NCBI GenBank assembly: GCA_016650295.1
Contig: JAENWA010000013.1
Location: 48,457 to 112,456, forward strand
Origin: Desulfuromonadales bacterium
GTDB lineage: Bacteria; Desulfobacterota; Desulfuromonadia; Geobacterales; Pseudopelobacteraceae
Length of the DNA: 64,000 nucleotides
Direction: 5' to 3'
The notes beneath the pieces are model-generated. The model was not told the origin of the DNA. It saw only the letters and a program-made list of their open reading frames with translations, and ran no database searches. Made by a program: the position numbers and the translations under genes. Position 1 is the first letter of the stretch, and each line of letters begins with the position of its first letter. Of the stretch, positions 1 to 8,980 are shown in pieces.

Positions 1-649
1 GCATGTAAAGGCCTTCGCCCTGCAGGGTGAAGCTTTCCAGGCGGGCCTTGCCGTCCGTGATCCGCACCATCCCCCTGGAATTCAGATTAACGGCATCGGG
101 CAGGGCAAAGGCACCCATCCTGATTCCTGAAAACTCCAGCCGGCTGATTTCCAGCTTCAATTCACCGTTTAACCCTTTTGCCCCGTGGGTGGCAAACCCT
201 TCGCTTTGCAGGCTGCCGCCAACCTTGGCACCCAGCACGGTCTTGAAAAACGGCATCTCATCCAGCATGACCCTGTCGGCCTTGAGCAGAAACGCCTGCG
301 AACCGGTTATGCCATATTCAAAATCAACCTGACCTGTCCCAAGAGAGGCCCGCGAACCGAGTATCAGACGTCCGCTCAACAGCTGCAGCCATCGCGGATA
401 CACCTGTAAGCGTTCCAGACGGATCAACGGGCCCTGGTCGGACGAGAGCAGTGCATTATCCCAGGCCAGGCCGGGCAGGAGGGTTTTATGTGCAGCCGGA
501 GCCAGGCTCAAACCCTGCGTTGAGAGGGCCTGATCAATTGCCGAATTGATTCTGCCGGTCGGGAAGAGTAGATAGATACAGACAATAAACAGGCTGAGCC
601 AGGCGAAAACCAGCACGGCCCCACGCACAAGGCCGGGGCGCGCCATCAT
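1..649 (-). CDS. gspN: type II secretion system protein N (GspN-like), truncated by the window edge
   Basis: Absent from the ORF track because it runs off the window. Manual reverse translation from the ATG at 649 (or 646) gives MMARPGLVRGAVLVFAWLSLFIVCIYLLFPTGRINSAIDQALSTQGLSL..., i.e. one N-terminal TM helix followed by a soluble domain. The start overlaps the gspM stop, and its position after GspM fits gsp operon order. Confidence 0.55.
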   Translation of the reverse strand, partial: MMARPGLVRGAVLVFAWLSLFIVCIYLLFPTGRINSAIDQALSTQGLSLAPAAHKTLLPGLAWDNALLSSDQGPLIRLERLQVYPRWLQLLSGRLILGSRASLGTGQVDFEYGITGSQAFLLKADRVMLDEMPFFKTVLGAKVGGSLQSEGFATHGAKGLNGELKLEISRLEFSGIRMGAFALPDAVNLNSRGMVRITDGKARLESFTLQGEGLYM

Positions 650-1194
650 TTGACCTGACCGGGAACAGGCTTGAGCAGGGCTATCGACAGGGCCAGATCA
701 AAATGTGACGGATCGTCGAAGCGTACCCGCAGATTGGCTTTTTTCAGCAATACGGGGCGGCTTCCCTTTTCAAGACGGTACAGCAGGTTGACGGTCTCGT
801 TGGCCGTCAATCCCTCGATGCGCACATCGGCTGCATCCTCTATGAAACCGATGCGCTCCTCACCTTTGAGTGGAGCTATCTTGACACCTTTACCCTTGAT
901 ACCGATCTCTTCGATAATCCTGGCCGGAGAATCGTCAGGACGCAGCGCGGACATCCTCCCGGCCTGCTGGACAGAGGCCGTTTTTGCACTGCGATAGGCG
1001 ACCCTGAGCGGCAGAAGCTCCTTGAGCACCGCTTCACGGGCCTTACGTTTGCGTTCAAGCTCTGCTGTTTTGGCCGCCAGTGCCGACCATCCCAGAGCAA
1101 CCGCCAAGAGCGCAATCAGGGCATATCCGCACCAGAGACGGCGGCGGTGGTCCAGGTCACGCCAGACATCCGCAATATTGGCAAGAAGTCTCAT
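646..1194 (-). CDS. gspM: type II secretion system protein M (GspM-like)
   Basis: 182 aa with a single N-terminal TM helix (LWCGYALIALLAVALGWSALAA) followed by a coiled segment. Size, topology and position between the L-like and N-like genes fit GspM. Its start overlaps the upstream gene by 4 nt. Confidence 0.6.
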   Translation of the reverse strand: MRLLANIADVWRDLDHRRRLWCGYALIALLAVALGWSALAAKTAELERKRKAREAVLKELLPLRVAYRSAKTASVQQAGRMSALRPDDSPARIIEEIGIKGKGVKIAPLKGEERIGFIEDAADVRIEGLTANETVNLLYRLEKGSRPVLLKKANLRVRFDDPSHFDLALSIALLKPVPGQVK

Positions 1195-2504
1195 TTCGCA
1201 GCCTCCTTGAGCGTACCGGACAGAGAAAAACCGACGGTACCATCGGGACGGCTCTTGATCTCACCCAGCTCGACCGTGGACAGCAGGCCGGTCAGCGATG
1301 TCTTGAATTCATTGACCGCCTGGGCTGAACGGGCATCACCCTTTACCCGCAGTGTGCGCCCTTCCAGTTCGGCCTCAAACAGCCCGTTGATAGCGGTCCC
1401 CTTGGCATCGGCCACCTGTTTGAGGACATCCAGGACAGAGCTGGAATTCTCGGCGCCGGACAGCTTTTTGATTTCGCCCTTGACCTCGGACAGTTCATCC
1501 ACGGCCTTGGTTCGCGTCGGGAAGATCTCGCGGTAGATCGAGGAGATGGAGCTGTTCAGCGATGTAATATCGGCCCGGGCCGCCCGGTATTGCAACCCCT
1601 TGGAAACAAACAGCAGAACCACAACCGCAACGGTCAGCAGGGCGGTCAACAGCAGTTTTTTTCGCATTCTGGCGTCGCCGGCGGTCCAGGCCAGATCACC
1701 CCTGCGGAAATCCGGAAGCGCCCCGGCCTGACAGGCGCGGGCCACGGCATACAGGCCGACCAGCTGCTGGAACGTCTTCTCGGTTCTGAAAACAGCTACC
1801 TGATCATCTGGCAGCTGCAGCTGTTCGACCTCCAGCGGAAGAGCAACCGTATCCGCTGCCGGTTCCGGCTGTTCGCCGAAGAGAAACAGATATGACGGAA
1901 GTTGAACGCCGGACAGCTCCAGAGCCGACAGCGTGGCCTGAAGCTGCTTCTGCAGCCCGGTCCCGTCCAGCGCCCGCACATAAGCAAGCCGACCGGATGA
2001 GAAGATCGCCAGGGCGGTACCGTCACAGACCGCACAGTCACCGGAGATCCCCGGCAGATACTGCCAGCCGAAGGCTGTTGTGCTGACAATCTGCGGCTCG
2101 CAGCCCGCTTCCCGGAATACCCCGACCGCATTGGCGATTTCGGCCCGTTTGGCCCACAGAGCCAGAAAGGTTCCATCCCCGGCCGGAAGCACATCAAACA
2201 CCGCCTCTTCGGCCGGAAGCGCAATTTCACCCTGCAGGTGTGACGGGATTATCTCGCGGACCTTGCGCAGGTCGGTCAAAGGCAGCGACACGACCCGCTG
2301 GGCGAACAGGTTCTGAGGAAGGCACAGCACAACCCGCGGCGAGCCGCTGAGACCTTCCGCAATCTTCGCGGCGACATCGGCCAGGGTCGTCCCGTCATCA
2401 AGCGGGAACGCCGCAGCACCGCCCAGGGTGGCAGAGCGCCCGGAGATTGCAAAGCGGGCTGCCGTAACCAGGCCTTCATTAAGAGAGATAATCAGATATT
2501 CCAT
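1191..2504 (-). CDS. gspL: type II secretion system protein L (GspL-like, PilM/PilN-type architecture)
   Basis: 437 aa with an N-terminal cytoplasmic actin-like domain, a central TM helix (LLLTALLTVAVVVLLFV) and a C-terminal periplasmic domain. It sits between the K-like and M-like genes. Confidence 0.65.
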   Translation of the reverse strand: MEYLIISLNEGLVTAARFAISGRSATLGGAAAFPLDDGTTLADVAAKIAEGLSGSPRVVLCLPQNLFAQRVVSLPLTDLRKVREIIPSHLQGEIALPAEEAVFDVLPAGDGTFLALWAKRAEIANAVGVFREAGCEPQIVSTTAFGWQYLPGISGDCAVCDGTALAIFSSGRLAYVRALDGTGLQKQLQATLSALELSGVQLPSYLFLFGEQPEPAADTVALPLEVEQLQLPDDQVAVFRTEKTFQQLVGLYAVARACQAGALPDFRRGDLAWTAGDARMRKKLLLTALLTVAVVVLLFVSKGLQYRAARADITSLNSSISSIYREIFPTRTKAVDELSEVKGEIKKLSGAENSSSVLDVLKQVADAKGTAINGLFEAELEGRTLRVKGDARSAQAVNEFKTSLTGLLSTVELGEIKSRPDGTVGFSLSGTLKEAAK

Positions 2505-2531
2505 AAGAGAGATCCCGTGGTTGTGCGGTCA

Positions 2532-3473
2532 TTATTCCTGCCAATAAAGTGTATCCACCCCGTTACCGGATAATCTTATCACCGCCTCCACCTTCCGGGC
2601 GGTTTCCTTGACCCTGGCAACGGAGGTGATTCTGAATAGCTTGCCCTTGACGCTCGCAAGTCCCCCAAAACTTGGCGAGAGAGAGATAGTTGCGCCGCCC
2701 GGAATCCTCGCCAGATCTCCAATGGGCTCGAACGGTTTTAGGCGTCGCTCTTCCAGTATCCGTTCCGCCATACGCTCGTCTATTGCGTCATCCAGTGCCA
2801 TAAGAACTTCTTTTGGGGCGGTGTTGATGTTTACTTTTGTCACCGTGTCTAGAGTTGTTGACTGATCGGCATAAATCGTCACAAACGGCTTCAGTTTGTC
2901 AATTATTTCCGGCGTGAATCCCTTGACAAGCGACAGCTCGGTCAGGGTTACCAGCTTGCCGTTGCGGGCGGCATAAGGCCTCTTCAGCGACCGGTAATAG
3001 GGCGTTTCCGCGCCGTTGGAACGGGTTTCGTCGTTGCTGTCCTGCCAATCCGCCAGGCTGTTCCAGATCTCGTCAGGAATCTGCAGACGCTTGCCAAGCC
3101 GTTTGAGTGCTGCCTGTGTGTACGGTTCAATTACTCCGTTCGAATACGCAAGGTTATTGAGGTTAATCTTGCCGCTCTCCTCGGACACGGTAACCTCCAA
3201 TGCGCCGGTCTCGTCATCCAGCTTGACCGGCGTGGCCCAGGCATCGGAGAGTGAAGTTGTTCCATTCGTCCCCGGGGGGATGGACAACTGGAGCAGCTTG
3301 ATCCCGCCGGTTACGCCCGATTCGGCCAGCAGCGAGGCCTGTTGTCCGTCACGGTAGCCCCTGCTCAGGGATATGTCCACATAAACCCCGTGAATCAGTT
3401 CCACCAGCACCGCCACCATCAGGGCCGTAACAACCAGCGTCAGGATCAGGGCAAAGCCCCTCTCGCCCCTCAT
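2532..3473 (-). CDS. gspK: type II secretion minor pseudopilin GspK
   Basis: 313 aa with an N-terminal hydrophobic pseudopilin-like segment (RGFALILTLVVTALMVAVLVELI) and a large GspK-type body. Its start overlaps the gspJ stop. Confidence 0.7.
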   Translation of the reverse strand: MRGERGFALILTLVVTALMVAVLVELIHGVYVDISLSRGYRDGQQASLLAESGVTGGIKLLQLSIPPGTNGTTSLSDAWATPVKLDDETGALEVTVSEESGKINLNNLAYSNGVIEPYTQAALKRLGKRLQIPDEIWNSLADWQDSNDETRSNGAETPYYRSLKRPYAARNGKLVTLTELSLVKGFTPEIIDKLKPFVTIYADQSTTLDTVTKVNINTAPKEVLMALDDAIDERMAERILEERRLKPFEPIGDLARIPGGATISLSPSFGGLASVKGKLFRITSVARVKETARKVEAVIRLSGNGVDTLYWQE

Positions 3474-4105
3474 AACCCCGTCACCATGGAGCGCGATAGA
3501 ACGGAGAACTCAGCCGGTTTGCCGTTTTCCTCAACCTGCACGGTGATACGCAGCATCTTCGGCAACGCGCCGTTCAGCGCTTGAGCTGTGTCCCAACTCT
3601 TGACCCACTTGGAGCCGTCGTAGCACTCCACCAGAAAGGAGCTGATCCGCTCCATCTGCGGGTATTCTTTGGCATCGGGGGACTCGAAAAAAACATCCTG
3701 CTCGCGCTTCATCAGGATATAGCGTTTGTCCTTCTCCACCAGACGATAACGGACTGCGCTGACACCTGATTCTTTGCGCCCCGCTCCGGCTGCGGAAACC
3801 AGGGTTGTCAATTCCAGTGTGGAAGCCGGTTTACCGAAGTTGTCGCGATCTTCCACGATGAAACGGAGCCGTTTATCATCGCGATTATTAACGTTAATGG
3901 AAGGCGCGGCAGCGAACTCACGCCTGATCCGGTCCAGGGTGCTGCCCAGTTCACGACGCGCCTCCATCCCTTCAAAGACCGTTTCCCTGGCACGCAGCAC
4001 CGTGAAATAGCTGCCGTAGAGGGCCGCGGAAAGGATCCCCAGCAGCACCACGGCGATCAGTATCTCAAGTAGCGTAAAACCCTTATTTGAGGACGTAACG
4101 CACAA
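3470..4105 (-). CDS. gspJ: type II secretion minor pseudopilin GspJ
   Basis: 211 aa with a prepilin-type N-terminal cleavage/methylation motif (KGFTLLEILIAVVLLGIL). Confidence 0.7.
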   Translation of the reverse strand: MCVTSSNKGFTLLEILIAVVLLGILSAALYGSYFTVLRARETVFEGMEARRELGSTLDRIRREFAAAPSINVNNRDDKRLRFIVEDRDNFGKPASTLELTTLVSAAGAGRKESGVSAVRYRLVEKDKRYILMKREQDVFFESPDAKEYPQMERISSFLVECYDGSKWVKSWDTAQALNGALPKMLRITVQVEENGKPAEFSVLSRSMVTGL

Positions 4106-4424
4106 GCGCCACCTCCCGTTTCTCTCCGCGGCGCTGAACCGTTACCACCAGTTTCTGCAAGGCGGGAATTTTGGTCGGAAACAACTCGGCACGCCAGGTT
4201 ACATCCGGATGGAGTGGAGTAAAGCTGCCTTCGCTCTTTTGCGCCAACGCGCCCTGCTGTTCAAGTTCCACCAGGCGAGTCCTGGCCAGAAGGGTCAGTG
4301 TCGTCGAATCGCGTTCGTCGGATATGCCGGCCAGGTGAAAGTTGAGCGATCCCAGTACCGTCAGGATGACACCCGCCATGATGGCCAGCGCCACCATCAC
4401 CTCCAGCAGGGTGAATCCTTTCAC
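4083..4424 (-). CDS. gspI: type II secretion minor pseudopilin GspI
   Basis: 113 aa with an N-terminal MKGFTLLEVMVALAIMAG prepilin motif. Size is typical of GspI. Confidence 0.7.
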   Translation of the reverse strand: MKGFTLLEVMVALAIMAGVILTVLGSLNFHLAGISDERDSTTLTLLARTRLVELEQQGALAQKSEGSFTPLHPDVTWRAELFPTKIPALQKLVVTVQRRGEKREVALVRYVLK

Positions 4425-4921
4425 GGCGCCTCCTCCAGATAACCTTCGAAAACCTTGACCTTGCCGCTGGACGGGAAGGCCATCACCGTCCAGAATTTAT
4501 CACCCGGCGAACGGAGATGGATTACCGTAAAATCCCGCAAACCGCCCATGCCCACATCCAGCCGCACCTGACCATCGTTAAGCTTGCCCAGACGGGGGAT
4601 CATCACATCCGCGACAACAATTCCCTCCTTGACGGGCCGTTTCAGGAGCAACGGGTCGCCCGGCTCTTTTTCGTTGCCGTCCGCAGCAGACTCCATCACC
4701 CTGGTGAGCTCTGTCCCCGGCTCCAGGTGCAGGTAGTAGGTCGTCTGAGCGGTGGCAGCCCGCTCCTGCATATAGCGCAGGGTCGAAGCCAGGGTGCGGG
4801 CGGATATCTTCAGGTTCTCGCTGTCCGATGAAGGCAGCCGCGGGAGAATCAGCATCATCACCATGCCGATGATCACCAACACCACTGAGATCTCTATCAG
4901 GGTGAAGCCGCGGCGATTCAT
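4421..4921 (-). CDS. gspH: type II secretion minor pseudopilin GspH
   Basis: 166 aa with an N-terminal RRGFTLIEISVVLVIIGMVMM prepilin motif. It is the first gene of the H-I-J-K-L-M-N series. Confidence 0.7.
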   Translation of the reverse strand: MNRRGFTLIEISVVLVIIGMVMMLILPRLPSSDSENLKISARTLASTLRYMQERAATAQTTYYLHLEPGTELTRVMESAADGNEKEPGDPLLLKRPVKEGIVVADVMIPRLGKLNDGQVRLDVGMGGLRDFTVIHLRSPGDKFWTVMAFPSSGKVKVFEGYLEEAP

Positions 4922-4924
4922 CTG

Positions 4925-5965
4925 CTAGAGAAACTCGCTCAATTTTTCACGTTCATCCACCAGGTAAAACTCGAGAGTTTTGCGCAGGGCCTCGTCAACA
5001 GTCGTTACCGGCTCCCACCCCAGACACTCCTTGGCACGCTGGACCGACGGAACACGGGTCAGCATATCCTGATAACCCTTGCCGTAGAAGGTGTCCGAGC
5101 TGATCTCTTCGATGACGCATTTTTCGGCTTTCTCACGGTAGAGCGGGAATTCGGCCACCATATCACGCAGTTTATAGGCCAGTTCCTTGACCGAGAGATC
5201 ATTGGCCGGGTTGCCGATGTTGAATATCCGGCCGTCGGCACAACCGTTCTCGTTGGCGATGATTTTCATCAGGCAGTCGATGCCGTCCTCGATAAAGGTG
5301 AAAGAGCGGCGCTGATTGCCGCCGTCCACCAGCTGGATCGGTTCGCCGGCCAGGATATCGTACAGAAACTGGGTCAGGACGCGCGAACTGCCCTCTTTGG
5401 CGGTGTGGATGCTGTCCAGCTTGGGACCGATCCAGTTGAAGGGGCGAAACAGGGTGAATTTCAATCCCTCGTGATTGCCGTAGGCATAGATGACCCGGTC
5501 AAGCATCTGCTTGGCGCAGGAATAGATCCAGCGTTCCTTGGCAATCGGCCCCAGCATGAGCGGTGAATTCTCTTCATCGAACTCGCTGTCGGGCGACATG
5601 CCGTAGACCTCGGAGGTGGAGGGAAAGATGACCCGTTTGTTGTACTTGTGGCAGAGGCGGATGATCTTGAGATTCTCCTCGAAATCCAGTTCAAAGACCC
5701 GCAGCGGGTCCTTGACATAGGTGACCGGCGTGGCAATGGCCACCAGCGGCAGGACAACGTCGCACTTCTTGATATTGTACTCGATCCATTCCTTGTTGAT
5801 GGTGATGTCACCCTCCAGAAAATGGAAGCGCGGATCACCCAGAGAGCGCTCCAGTTTATCGCAGGCCATATCAAGACCGAAGACCTCCCAATCGGTGGTG
5901 GTGAGTATCCGGTGGGTGAGGGCATTACCGATAAAACCGTTGACGCCTAAAATTAATACTTTCAT
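4925..5965 (-). CDS. NAD-dependent UDP-glucuronate decarboxylase, homolog of the ArnA C-terminal domain (UDP-4-keto-pentose/UDP-xylose synthase type)
   Basis: 346 aa with a Rossmann motif (ILGVNGFIGNAL). Strong by-eye similarity to the ArnA dehydrogenase/decarboxylase domain (FHFLEGDITINKEWIEYNIKKCDVVLPLVAIATP...STSEVYGM). Confidence 0.85.
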   Translation of the reverse strand: MKVLILGVNGFIGNALTHRILTTTDWEVFGLDMACDKLERSLGDPRFHFLEGDITINKEWIEYNIKKCDVVLPLVAIATPVTYVKDPLRVFELDFEENLKIIRLCHKYNKRVIFPSTSEVYGMSPDSEFDEENSPLMLGPIAKERWIYSCAKQMLDRVIYAYGNHEGLKFTLFRPFNWIGPKLDSIHTAKEGSSRVLTQFLYDILAGEPIQLVDGGNQRRSFTFIEDGIDCLMKIIANENGCADGRIFNIGNPANDLSVKELAYKLRDMVAEFPLYREKAEKCVIEEISSDTFYGKGYQDMLTRVPSVQRAKECLGWEPVTTVDEALRKTLEFYLVDEREKLSEFL

Positions 5966-5994
5966 CCTGCTATCTCCTTTTATGCGGACCAGGT

Positions 5995-6906
5995 TTAATC
6001 AAAATTCAAGACATCTGCTGTAACCGCATCTGAAGCTTGTTTTTCATCTTCTCCTTCAAACTGCAATGAGCGGATTTCCAGCAAGCCTTCGCCGGTGCCA
6101 ACTACCAAAGGTTTTCGAGACAGAATATGTCCCGATTCCCCACTTCCATCAACCGGACAAGCCTGCCAGATAGTTACTTTCTTTCCATCCAGATACGTAA
6201 ATGCCCCCGGATAGGGGTGGGTTACCCCGCGCACCAGGTTGTAGATCTGTACGGCGCTTTTTCCCCAGTCGATACGACCGTCAGCCGGTTTGCGACCGCC
6301 GCAGTAGGTTCCGTCCGCAAGATTCATGGGGATGCGGGATGCCAAACCGTCCCGCAGGAGCGGCCAGGCCCGTGACAGAACCGTCACCGCCGCATCAGTC
6401 ACCTTGACGAATACGTCCTGAGCCGTGTCGGTAAAGGTGATCGGCACCTTTTCCTGATCGACGATATCGCCGGCATCCGGCTTCTCCACCATATAGTGCA
6501 GCGTGGCGCCGGTCTCGGTTTCGCCGTTGATCACCGCCCAGTTAACCGGCACCCGCCCCCGGTATTTCGGCAGACAGGAACCGTGCAGGTTCAGTGCTCC
6601 CCGGAGCGGGGTCGCCAGCACTTCCGATCTGATCATATTGCGGTAGTAAAAAGAAAGCAGGAAGGCCGGGGCGATCTCTTTCACCAGCCGCACGTTTTCA
6701 GGATCATTAATATCGGTCGTCAGGTACGGAATGCAGTTTTGTTCCGCCAGACCGCGCACCGACTGAAACCAGATCTCCTCTGTCGGTGAGTCCTCGTGGG
6801 TGAAGATCAGGCTGATTTCGGCCCCCTGACGCAGCAGTTCCCCGATGCAGCGGTAGCCGACGTTATGATAGGCGCAGACGACGATCTTACTGTTCGTCAA
6901 AGCCAT
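5995..6906 (-). CDS. formyltransferase, homolog of the ArnA N-terminal domain (UDP-Ara4N formyltransferase type)
   Basis: Fmt-like motifs are present (HGSCLPKYRGRVPVNWAVINGETETGATLH). The track ORF extends to 7026, but that extension runs inside arnC. The ATG at 6906 (MALTNSKIVVCAYH...) gives a normal-length protein. Confidence 0.8.
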   Translation of the reverse strand: MALTNSKIVVCAYHNVGYRCIGELLRQGAEISLIFTHEDSPTEEIWFQSVRGLAEQNCIPYLTTDINDPENVRLVKEIAPAFLLSFYYRNMIRSEVLATPLRGALNLHGSCLPKYRGRVPVNWAVINGETETGATLHYMVEKPDAGDIVDQEKVPITFTDTAQDVFVKVTDAAVTVLSRAWPLLRDGLASRIPMNLADGTYCGGRKPADGRIDWGKSAVQIYNLVRGVTHPYPGAFTYLDGKKVTIWQACPVDGSGESGHILSRKPLVVGTGEGLLEIRSLQFEGEDEKQASDAVTADVLNFD

Positions 6907-7825
6907 AGGTCTTCCTGACCACAAAGCGCGGCCGCTTACGCACTTCCTGATAGATCCTGCCGACATATTCGCCGACGATACCGATTCCCATGATGACAAT
7001 GCCGATGAAGAAAAACAGGATTGCAAAGAGGGTGAAGACCCCCTCCACCTCTGCTCCGACGATAAAGCGGCGAATCAGCAGAAACAGGCCGAAAGCCAGC
7101 GCAAAGATGGATGTTGTTATGCCGAACAGTGCAAACAGCTGCAACGGCACAACCGAGAAGCCGGTCATCAGGTCAAAGTTGAGCCGGATCAGCTTGTACA
7201 TCGAGTATTTGCTCTCGCCGGCCGCCCGCTCGGCGTGAGAAACCTCTATCTCGGTCGGATTGGATGCGAAGGTCTGCGCCAGCGCCGGGATAAAGGTGGT
7301 GGATTCGCCGCAGCAGTTGATGTTCTCGATGATGTTTCTGTGGTAGGCGCGCAGCATGCAGCCGTAATCGTTCATCTTCATGCCGGTCATCTTGTTGGTG
7401 GTTATGTTGACGACCCGTGAGGCCAGCTTGCGGAACAGGCTGTCCTGACGCTGCCGGCGAATGGTGCCGACGACATCGTATCCTTTTTCGATCTCGGCAA
7501 CCAGGCGGGGAATCTCCTCGGGCGGGTTTTGCAGGTCGGCGTCCAGGGTAATGACAATCTGCCCCCGCGACATCTCAAAGGCTGCCAGAATGGCCATGTG
7601 CTGCCCGAAGTTGCCGTTGAACTCGACTACCTTGACGCCGGGATACTGCCGGACCATACCTCGCAGGATTTCCAGGGAACGATCACGGGAGCCGTCATTG
7701 GTAAAAATAATCTCAAACGGGCGCCCCGTGCCTTTGGCAACAGGGTATAATCGTTCCATCAGCGGGGCGAGGTTGGACTCCTCGTTGTACACCGGTATGA
7801 CAATACTCAGGTAGGGTTGTTCCAT
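6887..7825 (-). CDS. arnC: undecaprenyl-phosphate 4-deoxy-4-formamido-L-arabinose transferase (GT2, ArnC-like)
   Basis: 312 aa with a GT2 N-terminus (LSIVIPVYNEESNL...DGSRD...DADLQNPPEEIP) and two C-terminal TM helices, as in ArnC. Confidence 0.85.
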   Translation of the reverse strand: MEQPYLSIVIPVYNEESNLAPLMERLYPVAKGTGRPFEIIFTNDGSRDRSLEILRGMVRQYPGVKVVEFNGNFGQHMAILAAFEMSRGQIVITLDADLQNPPEEIPRLVAEIEKGYDVVGTIRRQRQDSLFRKLASRVVNITTNKMTGMKMNDYGCMLRAYHRNIIENINCCGESTTFIPALAQTFASNPTEIEVSHAERAAGESKYSMYKLIRLNFDLMTGFSVVPLQLFALFGITTSIFALAFGLFLLIRRFIVGAEVEGVFTLFAILFFFIGIVIMGIGIVGEYVGRIYQEVRKRPRFVVRKTYGFDEQ

Positions 7826-7840
7826 GCTCTGCTCCCGTTA

Positions 7841-8980
7841 TTATCCTGCCAGTTCTTTGAGCAGTACCGGTCCATAGGCCTTTTTCTGCCATTCCCGCAT
7901 TCCCGCGATACGGTCCAGCTCCTCAACAGAAACAGGATCTGCATCCGCCACCGCTTCCAGCAGCCAGTTGGGCGCCACCACACCCGGTTCAAGCCCCTGC
8001 GAGGAACTGAACTGCTCCCTCCAGGATTTGAGCCGTTTGATCCGCTCCTTGGTCCCATCGGCCGGCTCATCACGACGAAGGCGCGGGAAACGCGGCAGCT
8101 CCTCTTCCGGCAGCGCCAGCGCAGCAGAAACAGCTGCAACAATCTTTTCTCCGAAACGTTGAATCTGGCCCGGCGTCATACCCTTGATGCCGGAGAGATC
8201 AGCCAGTGTCCGGGGTCTTTTTTCCGCCGCTTCCAGAAGGGTCTCCGCCGAAAGGACCTTGAAGGGCGGCCGGTCGAGTTCACGCGCCTGGCGGTCGCGC
8301 AGCTGCAGCAATTCTTCAAGAGCGGCAAGACTGCGGTTCTTGATTTTCCCGGCCCCCTTGCAGGAAAGAAACAACGGGCCTTCCTTTTCTGTTACACGCG
8401 CCTGGCACAGCAGATGGCATTCCTCCTTCAGCCAGTGGAGACGCTCTTTTTTAATCAGTTCCGCCTTAAGCTGGTCGAAAAGCGGGAGCAGGTCAGAGGT
8501 ATCCGCGGCAGCATAGGCCCTCATCTCGGGACTGAGCGGCCGCTTGCTCCAATCAGCCTTCTGATATTTCTTGTTCAGCTCGATCCCGAAACGCGCCTTA
8601 AGCAGCGCTGCCAGGCCGAATTCGGTGATTCCCAGAAAACGTGATGCCAGCATGGTATCGAAAAGATTCCGTATCTCAATGCCGTAATCACGGTGAAGAG
8701 AGCGTACGTCATAGTCGGCACCGTGCATGACGATAAGAATCCGGGGATCACCCAGAGAAGGCGCCAGCGGGGACAGGTCTTTTAAAGCCAGCGGATCAAT
8801 CAGCCAGCTCTCGGAACGGGTTGACACCTGGATCAGGCAGACTTTCTCCTGATAGTGGTGCAGCGAATCCATCTCCAGATCAACCGCAAACTCGGTCTGA
8901 GAACTCAGTATAGCCGCGACTTCCTCCAGTCGCTCCGCCTGGGTAACTATTTCACAATCATGCCGCGTAAAAGGTGTCAA
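7841..8980 (-). CDS. rnd: ribonuclease D
   Basis: 379 aa with a DEDDy 3'-5' exonuclease domain (FAVDLEMDSLHHYQEKVCLIQVS...MHGADYDVRSL) and a C-terminal HRDC-like region. Confidence 0.85.
   Translation of the reverse strand: MTPFTRHDCEIVTQAERLEEVAAILSSQTEFAVDLEMDSLHHYQEKVCLIQVSTRSESWLIDPLALKDLSPLAPSLGDPRILIVMHGADYDVRSLHRDYGIEIRNLFDTMLASRFLGITEFGLAALLKARFGIELNKKYQKADWSKRPLSPEMRAYAAADTSDLLPLFDQLKAELIKKERLHWLKEECHLLCQARVTEKEGPLFLSCKGAGKIKNRSLAALEELLQLRDRQARELDRPPFKVLSAETLLEAAEKRPRTLADLSGIKGMTPGQIQRFGEKIVAAVSAALALPEEELPRFPRLRRDEPADGTKERIKRLKSWREQFSSSQGLEPGVVAPNWLLEAVADADPVSVEELDRIAGMREWQKKAYGPVLLKELAG

Noticed and set aside
5995-7026. Long N-terminal extensions of track ORFs. These are the formyltransferase to 7026, the ABC ATPase to 29411, the ehr HyfF-like gene from 41200, the DUF815 gene from 45124, skp from 62267 and the OMP gene to 63995.
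   Set aside because: The extensions overlap upstream genes or have non-protein-like sequence. Internal ATGs with Shine-Dalgarno sequences or ATGA stop-start overlaps give products of normal length.
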